Of a stretch of DNA of 64,000 bases, positions 38,946 to 50,739 are shown piece by piece. The translations under genes and the position numbers were made by a program. The notes under the pieces are model-generated. The model had not been told where the DNA came from. It made no database searches and worked only from the letters and a program-made list of their open reading frames with translations. Origin of the DNA: Mobula birostris (lineage: Eukaryota); assembly GCF_030028105.1 (NCBI RefSeq), contig NC_092372.1, positions 156,618,058 to 156,682,057 on the forward strand. The letters are read 5' to 3'. Each line of letters opens with the position of its first letter. Positions within the stretch are counted from its first letter, which is position 1.

Positions 38946-40043
38946 CTAGCGTTGCTGCACAACCCCCCCACCCCGGATGTCTGTTGTATGCGACCTGGAA
39001 GCCATGGTGACCCTCTGACTTACCGGCCGTATCACGAGTCCACAATGCTGCGCCGTGTCCGGATGGATAAAACTCTCCGTGCTGCCTGTGTCAAACAGAC
39101 AGCTTGTCCTGCGCCCCTCCACCGGGATGTCCATCATTGACCTTGCGAGCTGGTGAGGAGCGCTTTGGTCGAGGGTCACAGAGGCCAGGGTTGAGTCGCT
39201 GTCTTGGTCCAGCGCAGTGTGGTGCCCCATGATCACCCGTTGGTCGTAGGCGGTGGGAGGGGGCGCTGACCAAGATGGCCGCCTCCATGTCTCGCACGTG
39301 GTGGCGGCATGCAGGGAAGATGGCGATCTCGCTCGCGATTTGGACTTACAGACCTTGGCAAAGTGGCCCTTCTTTCCACAGCTGGAGCAAGTAGCTTGTC
39401 GAGCCGGGCAGCATTTCCGGGGGTGCTTCTCGAGTCCGCAGAAGTAGCACTTTGCGGACTCGCGACTGGCAGCAGCCGAGGTCGATTTGCCGGTGGGTTG
39501 CAAGGTCTGCTGCCGGAGAGCCTCAGAGTTGTGCAGAGCGGCCTCCAGCGTGTAGGCCAGCTTGATTGCCGAACTTAAGGTAAGATCGGCTTTTTCCAAC
39601 AGCCGCTGGTGCACGTACACTGACCTGGTCCCCGTGACGAAGGCGTCTCTCACTAGGAGTTCTGCATGCTGTGCCGCCGTCAGCTCCTGGCAATTGCAGG
39701 CTCGCACGAGCGTCCGTAGGGCCTGGACGAACTCAGCATTTGATTCCCCGGGCTGCTGTTGCCATGTCACTAAGCGATGCCGAGCATAGACGCTGTTTAT
39801 CGGCCGCAGGTATTGTCCTTTGAGGGCGCTGATCGCGCCATCGTAGCTCGGCTGGTCTCTGATCAGCAAATAGACTCGTGGACTGACCCTATAGAGTAGA
39901 ACTCTGCGCTTCGCTACGGGGTCGGTCGCTTTAATCTCCTCTAGGTACGCTTCGAAGCAGGCCAGCCAGAGTTCAAAAGCATTTCCAGCTTCAGGTGTTT
40001 GCGGATCGATGTCTAACTTGTCGGGTCTCAGAGTGTGTTCCAT
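38946..40043 (-). pseudogene. gag: Gag-protease of the inner element
   Basis: Two zinc knuckles (CYFCGLEKHPRKCC, CSSCGKKGHFAKVC) and the aspartic protease motif LFDTGSTESF. Confidence 0.9.
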
Positions 40044-42481
40044 GCTTTAAAATGTACAGCGAATAAAATTGAAGCACCTTCAATAACTCCAAAAGACTGA
40101 AGTTGGGTAAAATACTGAAAGGCTTTTATTCGCTGTACAATACGACCACCATGCTGAGTGTCTGCCCCTGGACTGAGGGGGAGGGGCAAGGCAAAATCAC
40201 CTTTATTCAGAAATCTGTGGGAGGAGCCACAGGGGCAGTCAGCAGAGGGGCGTGTCCAGACAGTTAACCCAGTTACAACATATACATGGTTTACCACACC
40301 GCCCTCCAGCAGAGACGCTGATGGGGCGTAGGCCCAAGTCAAGATTGGACCTGCTACGCCTGGGCATGAAGGCAAAGGTGAAGAGAAAGCAGGAAAAGCA
40401 GAAGGAGGGACACGATCAACATGCGTGAGAGAGACAGTTAAAACCAGATGACAATGTCTATGTGAGAAACAATCAGCAATGGCTACCTGGGGTTATTCTT
40501 AAGCAGAGTGGTCCCGTCTCCTATGTTGTTAAGCTGACTGATGGGCCTGTTTTCCGCAGACATCAGGACCATGTGCGCCTACGTCATGATACCGGCTCAG
40601 AGGCAGACAGTTCCATGGAGTTTCCATTTGTGAGTTGGACTACAGTGGAAGCATGTCCACCAGTGACTTTGCCAGAGAGTGAGACGCTGGCAGAGGGGTC
40701 GGGATCCCCTGAGGAGGACGGACATTCTCACATAGACACACAGACCCCTCTCATCCCCCCAACACCAGACCAACCCAAAACACCATCACCAGCGGTGCCT
40801 GCTGGGTCACCGGGGGTAATGTGCAGATCACAGCGCACTTGTAAACCTCCTGACAGACTGAATCTTTGACGGGAGAGTTCTTTTTTTATTGTTGCTAGAT
40901 TGAATGTTGGATCTGTCACATTTTCCAGATGTTTTGTATTGATAAGCTGTTGCTGAGATACTAGTATAAGTTTTCAGGGGTACGCAAGATAATAATACCA
41001 CTGTTTTTATATCCTAGTGTTTACGTTTGGGGGATGTTGGATTTTAAAGGGGGAGAAGTGTTGTAATGTGAGCATTATTAAAAGTAAGTTAAGACTAATT
41101 AGGATAATGGGGGGGGGGGGTTCTACTTCCATACTTTTTTACTTCCAGTGGGCTTTGTATATAGTGTTCCTGCCATGCTGTATGGGTTGTGAAAGCTTCT
41201 GTATATACCTATTGGTTTTGAAGTTCGAGATAAGTTGTTTCTTTGGCATGAAGTTGTCAAGTGTGCCTTTTTCAAAGTGGAAGTCACTACAGAGTGGTGC
41301 AACACTCACCAGGCATTTTTCTTGTGATCAGAGAGCTGGAATCGCCATGGGCTATAGTGTTTTACAGCAAATTAGTGGCGTTACAAGCAGAACTGAACTC
41401 TCGACTCAGTGATCCTTAACCACAATCCCCATCATTCCCGTCACCAGTACCCTCCCAATTCCATTATAAAAGCCAAATGGTCTGATGCTTCTAATTTGTA
41501 TAAACTGCCCTGTGGCAGGCACTGCCAATCAAAACTACTGGGGAAATGCTGGTGAAATTCAAGATTTTGGTTTCTGTGCAGATGGATCTCCTTGAAACTT
41601 TACAAAACAAAATTTTGCTCGCCATCTCATACAAATGAAACCATGTGTTTGCCCCTTTAAGAGAAAAGATGAAGTGAACTTGAGTATTTCTCATCATCCG
41701 AGAACAACCTTGTATGGCACTTTTGTCACTGTTTCTTTTAGGGATGGTGGATGCAAACACTCTGGACTCTTTTAAAAGTCAGTTCAAATTCTTTTTGGAT
41801 CACATATTTTCATGAAAAGGCTTGTGGCTCGTATAATGCTTCATGCCTTTGTGTTTATCAATAGCAGGACAGAAATTCCACATTTGCAAGGTGGCTCACT
41901 CTAGGATCAGTGTGTCTTACTGAAACTGTTGTGTGGAAAGGTATCTGTTGCAGTGGAAAAAAAAGATCAACCCCATCTTTCTAGTTTATACCCAATCCAA
42001 AACATGAGCAGTCCTATAAAAACTTCGTTTTGGGTCAGTTACCCTTTCATTTTGTATCAGCTTTAATCCCAGCAGAGGTAATTGGCATCTACAGTAATTA
42101 CCCTTTACACATGTCATCTAAATGACTGTGCATTCTCTGAATCCCCTTGCATGTTTGAGCCCCTTGTATAGCCAAAATTATGTATCAATTAGAAGCATAC
42201 TAACATACAAAATCATTATATCACAACAACTTTATAGCGGTCATATTATTCTGTTAAAACATATTAAAATCAGCTCCTGAAATAGTTGATGTTTCATACT
42301 AGAATGATCCTGCGCAAGGAATATAATTGTATGAAGAACATTATTTGTAATTAAAGATGACAAGAGCTGCGACTCTTAAGTATACTGTAGGTAACCAGGT
42401 ATCAATATAAACTTTAATCAATATATTGGAGAAAAAGAAATTGCTGTCATTAATGTTAATTTCTAATCTTGTATATATTGG

Positions 42482-42766
42482 ATGCCATGCTAGCTCATCA
42501 GTTAGTGCGAGGCTATTACAGGTTGGGATGTCAGAGTTTAGAGTTCAATCCCAATGTCCTATGCCAGGCGTCTGTACGTCCATCTTGTGGAATGCGTGTA
42601 TTTTCAATGAGTGCTCCAGTTTCTTCCCCACAGTCCAAGGATGTACGAGTTGGTGGGTTAAGTGGTCATTGTGAATTGTCCCTTGGTGGATTAGTGTTAA
42701 ATTGGGGCTTGTTGGGGATTGCAGGGCCTATTCCATGCTGTACCTCTAAATCAATAAATAAATAAA
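42482..42766 (+). mobile_element. tRNA-derived V-SINE (HE1-like)
   Basis: A/B-box-like head (gagttcaatccc), V-domain gtgctccagtttcttcccacagtccaagga..gtgaattgtcc, and a (taaa)n tail. Confidence 0.75.
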
Positions 42767-42769
42767 TCC

Positions 42770-43230
42770 ACAAACACGAGGAAACCTGCAGATGTTGGAA
42801 ATTCAAGCATCACACATAAAATGCCGGTGGAACGCAGCAGGCCAGGCACCATCTATAGGAAGAGGTACATTCGACGTTTCGGGCCGAGACCCTTCGTCAG
42901 GACTAACTGAAAGAAGAGATAGTAAGAGATTTGAAAGCGGGAAGGGGAGGGGGAGATCCGAAATGATAGGAGAAGACAGGAGGGGGAGGGATGGAGCCAA
43001 GAGCTGGAAAGTTGATTGGCAAAAGGGATACAAGGCTGGAGAAGGGAGAAGATCATGGGACAGGAGGCCTCCCCCTCCTGTCTTCTCCTATCATTTCAGA
43101 TTTCCCTCTCCCCCTTCCACTTTCAAATCTTTTACTATCTCTTCTTTCAGTTAGTCCTGATGAAGAGTCTCGGCCTGAAATGTAGATGCTGCCTGGCCTG
43201 CTGTGTTCCACCAGCATTTTGTGCGTGTTG
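42770..43230. mobile_element. Penelope terminal repeats in inverted arrangement
   Basis: 42820-42989 is the reverse complement of 43068-43230; both arms carry the hammerhead motif. Confidence 0.85.
42869..42904 (-). ncRNA. Minimal type I hammerhead ribozyme (core intact)
   Basis: AGTC-CTGACGA-A-GGG-TCTCGG-CCC-GAAAC-GTC-GAAT; one mismatch in stem I. Confidence 0.75.
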
Positions 43231-43946
43231 AATAAACAAATCCGGTTCATTGCAAATAAAAATGAATTGTGTCTATGATGTGCTGATTTTAAGGATTATG
43301 ATAGTTGTTTTATATTCCTCACAACATGAGAAAAGACTTGAATTTATTTCTCCAGCTACTCAGCAATAACAGTTCAGGTTTTGTTTTATGCAATACCAAT
43401 TCAATAAAAAGTATTCTGAAAATAAAAATGTTAAATATTTAATGCAACAGAATTGATTAGTATGTAATATTCCTTCTAGAGGATATTATTGTTTACTTAT
43501 TTAAACCATCAATGAATTAAAACATGTGCATAGTGTATTCCACCATAGCCTGCTGCTCAGCAAGGTAGATAAGTAAAATAAATTGCACTATGTTAGAGTC
43601 TGCCATTGCCATCTAGCATGCAGGACATGTACAGGCAGTGAGGAAAGTTAAAGGATGAATTCTGCAAGTGTTCACATAATCTCTTCCTAGCAACACATAA
43701 CTATACAATTCTTACAAATAGCAGAATTAAATGAACCAAACTCTAGCCTTTGAGGTAGCATATTCTACTTTAAAAGTTTTTGTGTTTCTTTCAAAGTCCT
43801 TGTTAGTTTTTCAGATTGCTATCTGTATTTATAAAATAAAATTGTAGCAGGAATATTATAATCATTCATGATAGCTGAAAGCAAAAATTTATGATCTAAG
43901 ATTACTGTAGAGTACCATTTTAAAATTAATTTTCTTTCTTACTCAG

Positions 43947-44003
43947 AGATTCACAGACAACACAGAGCCACCTGACACCACACTGAAGATTACTATGCTT
44001 TAA
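43947..44003 (+). CDS. Putative terminal coding exon (RFTDNTEPPDTTLKITML*)
   Basis: Strong acceptor tttctttcttactcag, phase 0, TAA at 44001-44003. Followed by about 1 kb of repeat-free DNA with AATAAA at about 44486 and 44587. Confidence 0.6.
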   Translation, partial: RFTDNTEPPDTTLKITML

Positions 44004-45109
44004 TATTACTGCAACATCAATCATTTAAAAATATATCTGGTTCCATTTTCATATTTATTGTGCCACTTTTACCCCCGTAGCAGGCTGTAAAGATGTTATT
44101 GCTACAACCTCTCACCTTTAGTAAGATAATCTACTGTATCATATAATTAATAGGCAAATCCATGTGAATTTAGTGATTATAGTGATATACATTTCAAAAT
44201 ATTTAACTATCATTTGCTTTGTTACTTCTGATGATATAGAACATTATTATTAAACTGAAAATAGTTTGTACCGTAATTAATTTAGGGTAACATTTATGGA
44301 AGGGGGTAGGTCATTTTTATTGTGTGCTGACGGAGGCGATTGTCAGTCATGCAATCTTCTCAGTTCTCCTGGGAAGTGTAAATTTGGAGATCAGATGAAA
44401 ATAGGACAAGCTCCAAGTGTGGTGGCTACTGTTGGAGGGTGGGGGGGGGGGGGGGAAGATGCCCTCTGACTTCAAAGGGCACAAAAATAAATGGGCAGTT
44501 CAGCAGAATTCTAGAGAGCTTTGACCATCTATAGAAGATATACTATAGATCTTCAGGTATAAAAGTGAGGGTAAAGAAAAACTTAAATAAAACTTAAATT
44601 GAACAGATGGCATTCATTTGAATGAACCTCTTTGCCTCCAAGGCAAGGATTACCTTTTGCATTCAGTGATGCCATAAGTTGTGACTGTGGAGAATTGAAA
44701 AAAGGGCAACAAAATGAGTTACATTACATCAGCCATTTTGCTAAAATTGATGCAATTTTGTATTTAGGTAAAGTAAGCTGTGAATTTTACATTTACTCAA
44801 TTACTTGATATAATTATGAAACCTTAAAAGATATGGTAATTTATTAATATGTGCAAAGGAAAATAATCATTTGAAATAGGTTACCATAGGAAACAATTAA
44901 AATAACAATTCAGATCACTACCAGCAACTATGTAACATTGATAAATGAGAGATTGAAATGTATTGAAATTCATAGTCTGCATGATGTGTCCAAAAAGGTA
45001 ATGAAATTTTGTTGTATTTATGGACTCAGAGAGGAACATTAAAGACAGATGTTTAGCTTGCAGATGTGGAAGGGAACTTGAATCTGATATGAAATGTTGT
45101 TCTCAGTCT

Positions 45110-46235
45110 TACTGTAGTTGATGAGGAGGCATACAGGAGTATAATAAATCAGCTGGTTGAGTGGTGTTGCAGCAATGACCTCACACCCAACATCAGCAAG
45201 ACCAAGGAATTGATTGCAGACTACAGGAAAGGGAAATCAGGAGAACACACAACAGTCGTCATTGTGGTTCAGCAGTGAAATGGGTGAGAAGCTTCAAGTT
45301 CCTGGGCATCAACATTTGGAAGGATCTATCTTAAGCCTAACACATTGATATAATAACAAAGTCTCTGTTTGGAGTCTGAGAAGATTTGTTATATCAACAA
45401 AGACCCTTGCTCATTTCTACAGATATACAGTGGAGAACAATTTGACTAGTTGCATCACCACCTTTTATGGAGACTCAAATGTGCAGGATTGAAAGAGGCT
45501 GCAGAGAGTTATAGCCACAGCTAGCTCCATGTGGGCACAACCTTCTGTATCATTAAGAATATGTTCAAGAGGTGATGCCTTAAGAAGGTGGTATCTATCA
45601 TTAAAGACCCTCATATCTGGGACATGCCTTGTTCTCATTGGCAGTATTGAGGTGGAGGTTGTGGAGAACTTTTTTGTATGTCTTGCAACAAACAGTACTT
45701 AACAGAGTGAGATCAATCATAAGCGCATTTATTTTACTTGCAATAAGGGAAGACTAGCATTGCACAAGAGTTGCTGATAGCTTTATTAAAACAGACAGCC
45801 TAGTCGTCCATCACACATAAATTCAAGGACGGGGTGCATTCTGTCTATATAATTAGTGCATTTGATATTCTTACAGTAAGGCATCCATGGATCTGTAATT
45901 TGCCAAAGACTCAGGTTTCATTGGTATAATGTTGCACGAACATTATCAGCAAAGCACTCTGGTACAATGCAGGTTCCATTTTGTTACAGACAAAAATGCC
46001 ATTTCCACAAGGGTACAGGAGCCTGAAGAGCCATATTCAATGTTTTAGGAACAGCTTCTTCCCCTCTGCTGTTAGATTTCTGAAGGGTCCATGAATTCAT
46101 GAACTCTACTCCATTATCCTTGAATTGTACTATTTATTTTTGTAACCTAGAGTAACTTTTATATCTTGCACCATAATACTGCCACAAAAAATCTAATTTC
46201 AGAATACACATCTGTGATAACAGACCTGATTCTGT
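45110..46235 (+). mobile_element. Rex1/Babar LINE 3' part, split by a solo LTR
   Basis: Degenerate WC..N.L..N.SKTKE, SFKFLG and FRNSFFPSA motifs, plus a cctgattct tail. Confidence 0.75.
45660..46009 (-). mobile_element. Probable 350-bp solo LTR
   Basis: TGTGGA...TCCACA termini interrupt the Rex ggaggtacagg motif; imperfect TSD; TATA-like and AATAAA motifs on the minus strand. Confidence 0.6.
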
Positions 46236-46489
46236 TTCTAATACAATTATAAGGCAATAAATAATATTTTCCCTCTGATGCAATGTAATATTTAACAAAC
46301 TTTTCATTCTTTTGTATCTTTACAATTGGACCAGATTGTGCTTGCTTTGGATCACTTCTCATAGAGTCATACATCAGAGAAGTATGCTCCTCACTGCTGA
46401 CCAAGATTCCCATCTAAGCTTGTCCCATTTGCCTATGTTTGGCCCATATCCCCATAAAACTTTTCTATCCGAGTACCTTTCTAACTCCA

Positions 46490-47230
46490 CAATGGGGAGG
46501 GTTTGGAACATGGACTGTTCCACATAGCCAATGAAAAGGCAGGCGTAGCTGGGGCCCATGCAGGTGCCCATGGTCACTCCTTGAGTTTGGAACATGTGGA
46601 AGCAGCCGACGGAGAAATTGTTGAGGGTGAGGATCAGTTCTGTGAGACAGAGGAGAGAGATGGTGGGAGGGAACTGGTTGGGTATTTTGTCGGAAAGGAG
46701 GTGGAAAATGTTAAGGCCTTCTTGATGGCAGATAGAAGTGTATAGGGACTGGACATCCATGGTTAAAGTGAGATGGTCAGGGCCAGGGAATTGAAAGCTG
46801 TTGAAGAGATGGAGAGTATGTGAAGTGTCGCGGATGAAGGGGGACGTGATTGAGCCAAAGGGGATAGAATGGAGTTGAGATATGCAGACATGAGTTCAGT
46901 TTGGCAAGAGTAGGCAGAGACAATGTGCCTACTTGGACAGTCAGGTTTGTCGATCTAGGAGGCAGAAACAAGCAGGGTGAGTTAAAGAAACTATGAGTTT
47001 AGTGTCAGTGGAGGAGGAGAGAGGAGTGCTGAAGTTGAGCCAGTTGATGTCTCGTCGGCAATTTGAGAAGAAAAGATCCAGAGCAGGCAGAGAACCAGAG
47101 CCTGGTGTCCAATAGTAGTAGGAAGATAAAGAAGTGGGCTTGGAGATAGAGGCGACGGGAAAAGAACTCAGTGTCATGATGGATGCAGAGGGGGACAAAC
47201 ATAGGATTGTTGCAGAAAGAATGGCTGGGA
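46490..47230 (-). mobile_element. Penelope-like element RT fragment
   Basis: MDVQSLYTSICHQEGL..LTLNNF..GVTMGTCMGPSYACLFIGYVE are PLE RT motifs. Confidence 0.85.
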
Positions 47231-47559
47231 TCGGGGGGGGCGGGAAAGGAGAGCTGGTGGTGTCAGTGGAGGGGAGAGGGTTGGGGTGCTCAGGGAGTGT
47301 GGGTGGGGGACGGATATGGAGGCTCACTGGACCCGAGTAGTAGGGGATTTTATACTTTATACTTTATTGTCGCCAAACAATTTGTACTAGAATGTACAAT
47401 CATCACAGCGATATTTGATTCTGCGCTTCACACTCCCTGGATTACAAATATTAAATAGTAAAGATATTAAAAATAGTTAAAATTAGTAAATATTAAAAAT
47501 TTAAATTATGAATCATAAATAGAAAATAGAAAAATGGGAAGTAAAGTAGTGCAAAAAAA

Positions 47560-50248
47560 ACGAGATCCAGATTTTAGATCATCCAAACGTTCCACTTCTC
47601 ATCTGTTTCTGATTTACATTTGATTAAATTCATAACACTGAAATCACGTTCACAGTCAGCACTAGAAGCTTGAAATGTTCCAAAGATATCAACAAGAATT
47701 GACAGTTCTTCAGATTCTCTATTCTAAGTGTGTAGTTCAACATATCAGTGAATGTCTTAATTGAACCAGTCTTAACTTTCTCAGAAACGACATATTTGAA
47801 ATCACAGTATTGCTGCAATATTTTTGAGGCAATGCTTTTGTCGTTGTTTGTAATAGTAGCTGAGTATTTTTTGTCAGTCGTACAATATCCTCTTTCCCAA
47901 ATTCAAAAATTGGTTCCATTTGTAATAGCAACAGATTTGCCATTCTCTTAGCCAGGGCCGGATTTAGTGGGGCCAGGGCCCCTGGGCTGGAGGCCCTGTT
48001 GGGCCCCTGCCGACAAAGTAAAAGGCTGCTGTACCAAGCAAAAAAAGGCAAGAACAAGGGCAAAGGTCGTACTGGTCTAAATATCAAAGCTGTGGACCAA
48101 GACATTGGTTTAGTACAATATGTAGGCTATAAACTTACAGGCCTTAAGAGGGAGAACAGAAAGTAATGCAGATTCTTAGTTTGAAGGACAGCATCTAAAC
48201 CACCCAAAAGTTGACCTAGGCTTAGTAAAGTTATGAGGGAGACAAAGTATGATGTACCCAATCTTAAATCTTTATTTAGCTATTGCTGCGCATACCATAG
48301 GCCTTATTTCTCAAACAATGCCAAAGAATTTTTATCTAAGTATTTTTCTCAACCGTGTGCTCTGAGAAAGTAAAATGGAAATGAGACAAGAAGGCCAAGA
48401 GAGAAGGCACTATGGCAAACTAGGAAACTTGACAATACAACAATCTTTTTGAAAAATGAGATCTAGCACATACTAACCTATTACTGTACTGTGTGGCTTG
48501 CAGAGTAAAGACCACTTATTGCTTACTAAGTTTGTAAACAGTCAACTATTAGCCTATTGCCACAAAAACAGGAACAGCACTGACACACAAGCCTAGATAT
48601 TTACAAAGTCAGATGCTTGTTTTTCAAAATTAAAGCTTAGTTCTCAAAGTCCTTGATCAGGTCACTAAAATCCAGTTTCCGAACAAGATCACTTTCAAGT
48701 GACATCAGAGTAAGATGACTCAGCCTGTCCTGTCCCATTGAGGATCTGAGCCTACGTAGTTGCCGTTATCAGGCCTGCCAAATATGTCACTGGAGCCTCA
48801 GATAGCCAGTAGCCTCTTGACCAAAAACTTCACAACCATCAACACTCTTCTCAATACGTCAGTCCAGTAAACACAATCTGACTTGAACCATTTTTGCAGT
48901 TCTGTATCTATTCTTTCGTTATCAGACGCTAGTGTAACATAGGTCAGTATCGTTTTCCTGTGGTGTTCGCTATTTTCATGCTCTCCTATGTGCTCAGTTG
49001 CATGTTTCCAGTCGCTAAAGCCAGTTTCGAAGATGGACTGACAGTTACCGTCACTGAAGATGCAGCATGCAAAACAAAACACACAGCCGGTGGGAGGGGA
49101 ATATAAGAGCCATTGCCTTGATATGTACTCACCATTTACGAGCTTGCGTTTGAAGTGAAGTTTGGAGAAAAAATGTCTCTGCTGTTTGTATACTTATTCC
49201 AAAGCTTTGATATCCACATCCTTATTCTGGCAGGACTCCGACCGTTTCTTAGCCCAGTACGCTCGGACTGAATCAGCTAACGTTTCCTTTCCCCAGCAAG
49301 CAGGATCAGTGCTGTAAGGATCCTCAGTAGTGGTAATGTTAACATTAATGGCAGCCCGACTTGGTTGTTCGGAGGCTTCTGTGGTTGGGAATCCCAAAGT
49401 CATGCTCTCTGCCTCTTCAACGTTAGCTGCTGACTGTGGCAAGGACGGTGGTCCTGAGCTAATGCTGGTGCTAGCACTAGCTGTTGAACAAGTCTCCATT
49501 TGTCCACCTGTCTCAGACTGTGACAAGAGCGATGGTTTTGCAGCAGTATCAAGAACAGGTTTTTAAAAATTCTGTCAATTTCAATGTCTTTTTTAATGCT
49601 TCTTTTTCACGGTCCTCTTTTTCTTGTTTCTTTTCTCTTTTCTGTGCTCCACTCTCATATTTTTTTTGTCCACCATGATGGTAGCTACCTATTTTGGGCC
49701 CCTCTACAGCTCGGGCCCCTGGGCTGCAGCCCAGCCTAGCCCTTCCTAAAGTCCAGCCCTGCTCTTAACTCATTGTCAGGAAATCTATTAACTAAGTGAT
49801 TACACAGAATGAATGACTCAAATAATAGGTGCGGTATTGACGTCAGAACATATAGATGTAAGCAGATCTTTCACTTTGTCACCCCGGTAATGGTATATTG
49901 CCAAGCCCTGCCAACTTCCATTCTGTGTTTATCGTAGCAGTGTTGTACTTGAAACACTGACAATGTAAATACATTGAACCTCTAAAATGTTTCAAAGTAA
50001 AGGTTGTGGTAAAAATTTATGGATTACATTCATTAACACACAATTAATTACAGGGTCTTTCACAATTGTATTAACATAGATTTCAAAATTATATTACCAT
50101 AGTTTTCAAAATTATATTAGCATAAATACAAAACTATATTAGCATTATATAAAAGAAAATTCCAGATATGTGGCAACAAAGGTTATGTGTGTGGGAACAT
50201 TTCAGTTACAGCATGGTGCGCACCTGCACAATTTAGAGGGAACAGTGC
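47560..50248 (-). mobile_element. hAT transposon remnant (outer; ZNF862/KIAA1586-like C-terminus)
   Basis: The minus strand reads DIFGTFQASSADCERDFSVMNLIK at 47620-47700. A terminus-like ttagagggaacagtg ends at 50248; the other TIR was not found. Confidence 0.65.
47953..49761 (-). mobile_element. hAT (Tip100/Zaphod-like) internally deleted transposon nested in the other hAT
   Basis: TIRs CAGGGCCGGATTTAG / CTAAAGTCCAGCCCTG; 8-bp TSD ctcttagc/ctcttaac. TTF-type zinc finger FCFACCIF..GFSDWKHA..HENSEHH is fused to C-terminal LRSSMGQDRLSHLTLM. Confidence 0.88.
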
Positions 50249-50249
50249 C

Positions 50250-50590
50250 CAAAGCTGTGCTGACTATCCCTAATCAATCCCTGATTTCCAAACACTTATA
50301 AATCTCACGCCTCAGAATCTCTTCTGGTAACTTCCCTATCACAGACTTTAGATTTACTAGTTTATAGATCCCAGGTTTTTCTTTGCAGCCCTTAAAGAAA
50401 TGCACACCATTTGCCAACCTACAGTCTTCTGGAATTGCAACAGCCACTATCGGTGATGAAAATATGCCCAACAGGGCTCCCGCAATTTCTTGTCTATCTT
50501 CCCTCAGTGTTCTTGGACTAAGCCGTGCAGATGTATCTCCTTCATGCATTTTAAAACATTCAATACCTCCTCTGCAGTAGTGCAAATTCT
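50250..50590 (-). mobile_element. CR1 RT N-terminal fragment
   Basis: LSPRTLRE..EIAGAL..IPEDCRLANG...KEKPGIYKLVNL. Confidence 0.7.
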
Positions 50591-50739
50591 CCCCAAAACA
50601 TCTCATTATCTATTATCATTATCAGGAATCCTGATGAAGGGTCTCGACCCAATGTATCAACTCATTCCTCACCGTATATGCTGCCTGAGCTGCTGAGATT
50701 CTCCAGCATTTTGTGTGTGTTGCCCATTAGCCATTTCAA

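Larger units (their letters stand above)
35936..40298 (-). mobile_element. Younger, near-complete Gypsy element nested antisense in the outer integrase
   Basis: 229-bp LTRs at 35936-36164 and 40070-40298 with 3 mismatches by eye. Perfect 5-bp TSD ccgcc. PPT aaaaaggaggggtgaa. Order gag-pro-RT-RH-IN. Confidence 0.95.
32854..41291 (+). mobile_element. Gypsy LTR retrotransposon, Mag-type (outer element), protease region deleted
   Basis: LTRs 32854-33069 and 41059-41291 (TG..CA). TSD gggtg/gagtg. PBS TGGCGACAAGG (tRNA-Ser-like) at 33076. PPT aaagggggagaag at 41046-41058. gag from about 33146, RT with YLDD (34007-34912), IN (34909-35930, resuming at 40304). Confidence 0.93.

Noticed and set aside
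38530-38975. Programmed frameshift between gag-pro and pol of the inner element
   Set aside because: The frame breaks fall at G/C homopolymers within the protease and the RT start. Slippage mutations or assembly errors are more likely.
44436-44456. Long G-run as a G-quadruplex element in the putative 3' UTR
   Set aside because: Simple homopolymer; its length is unreliable and there is no supporting context.
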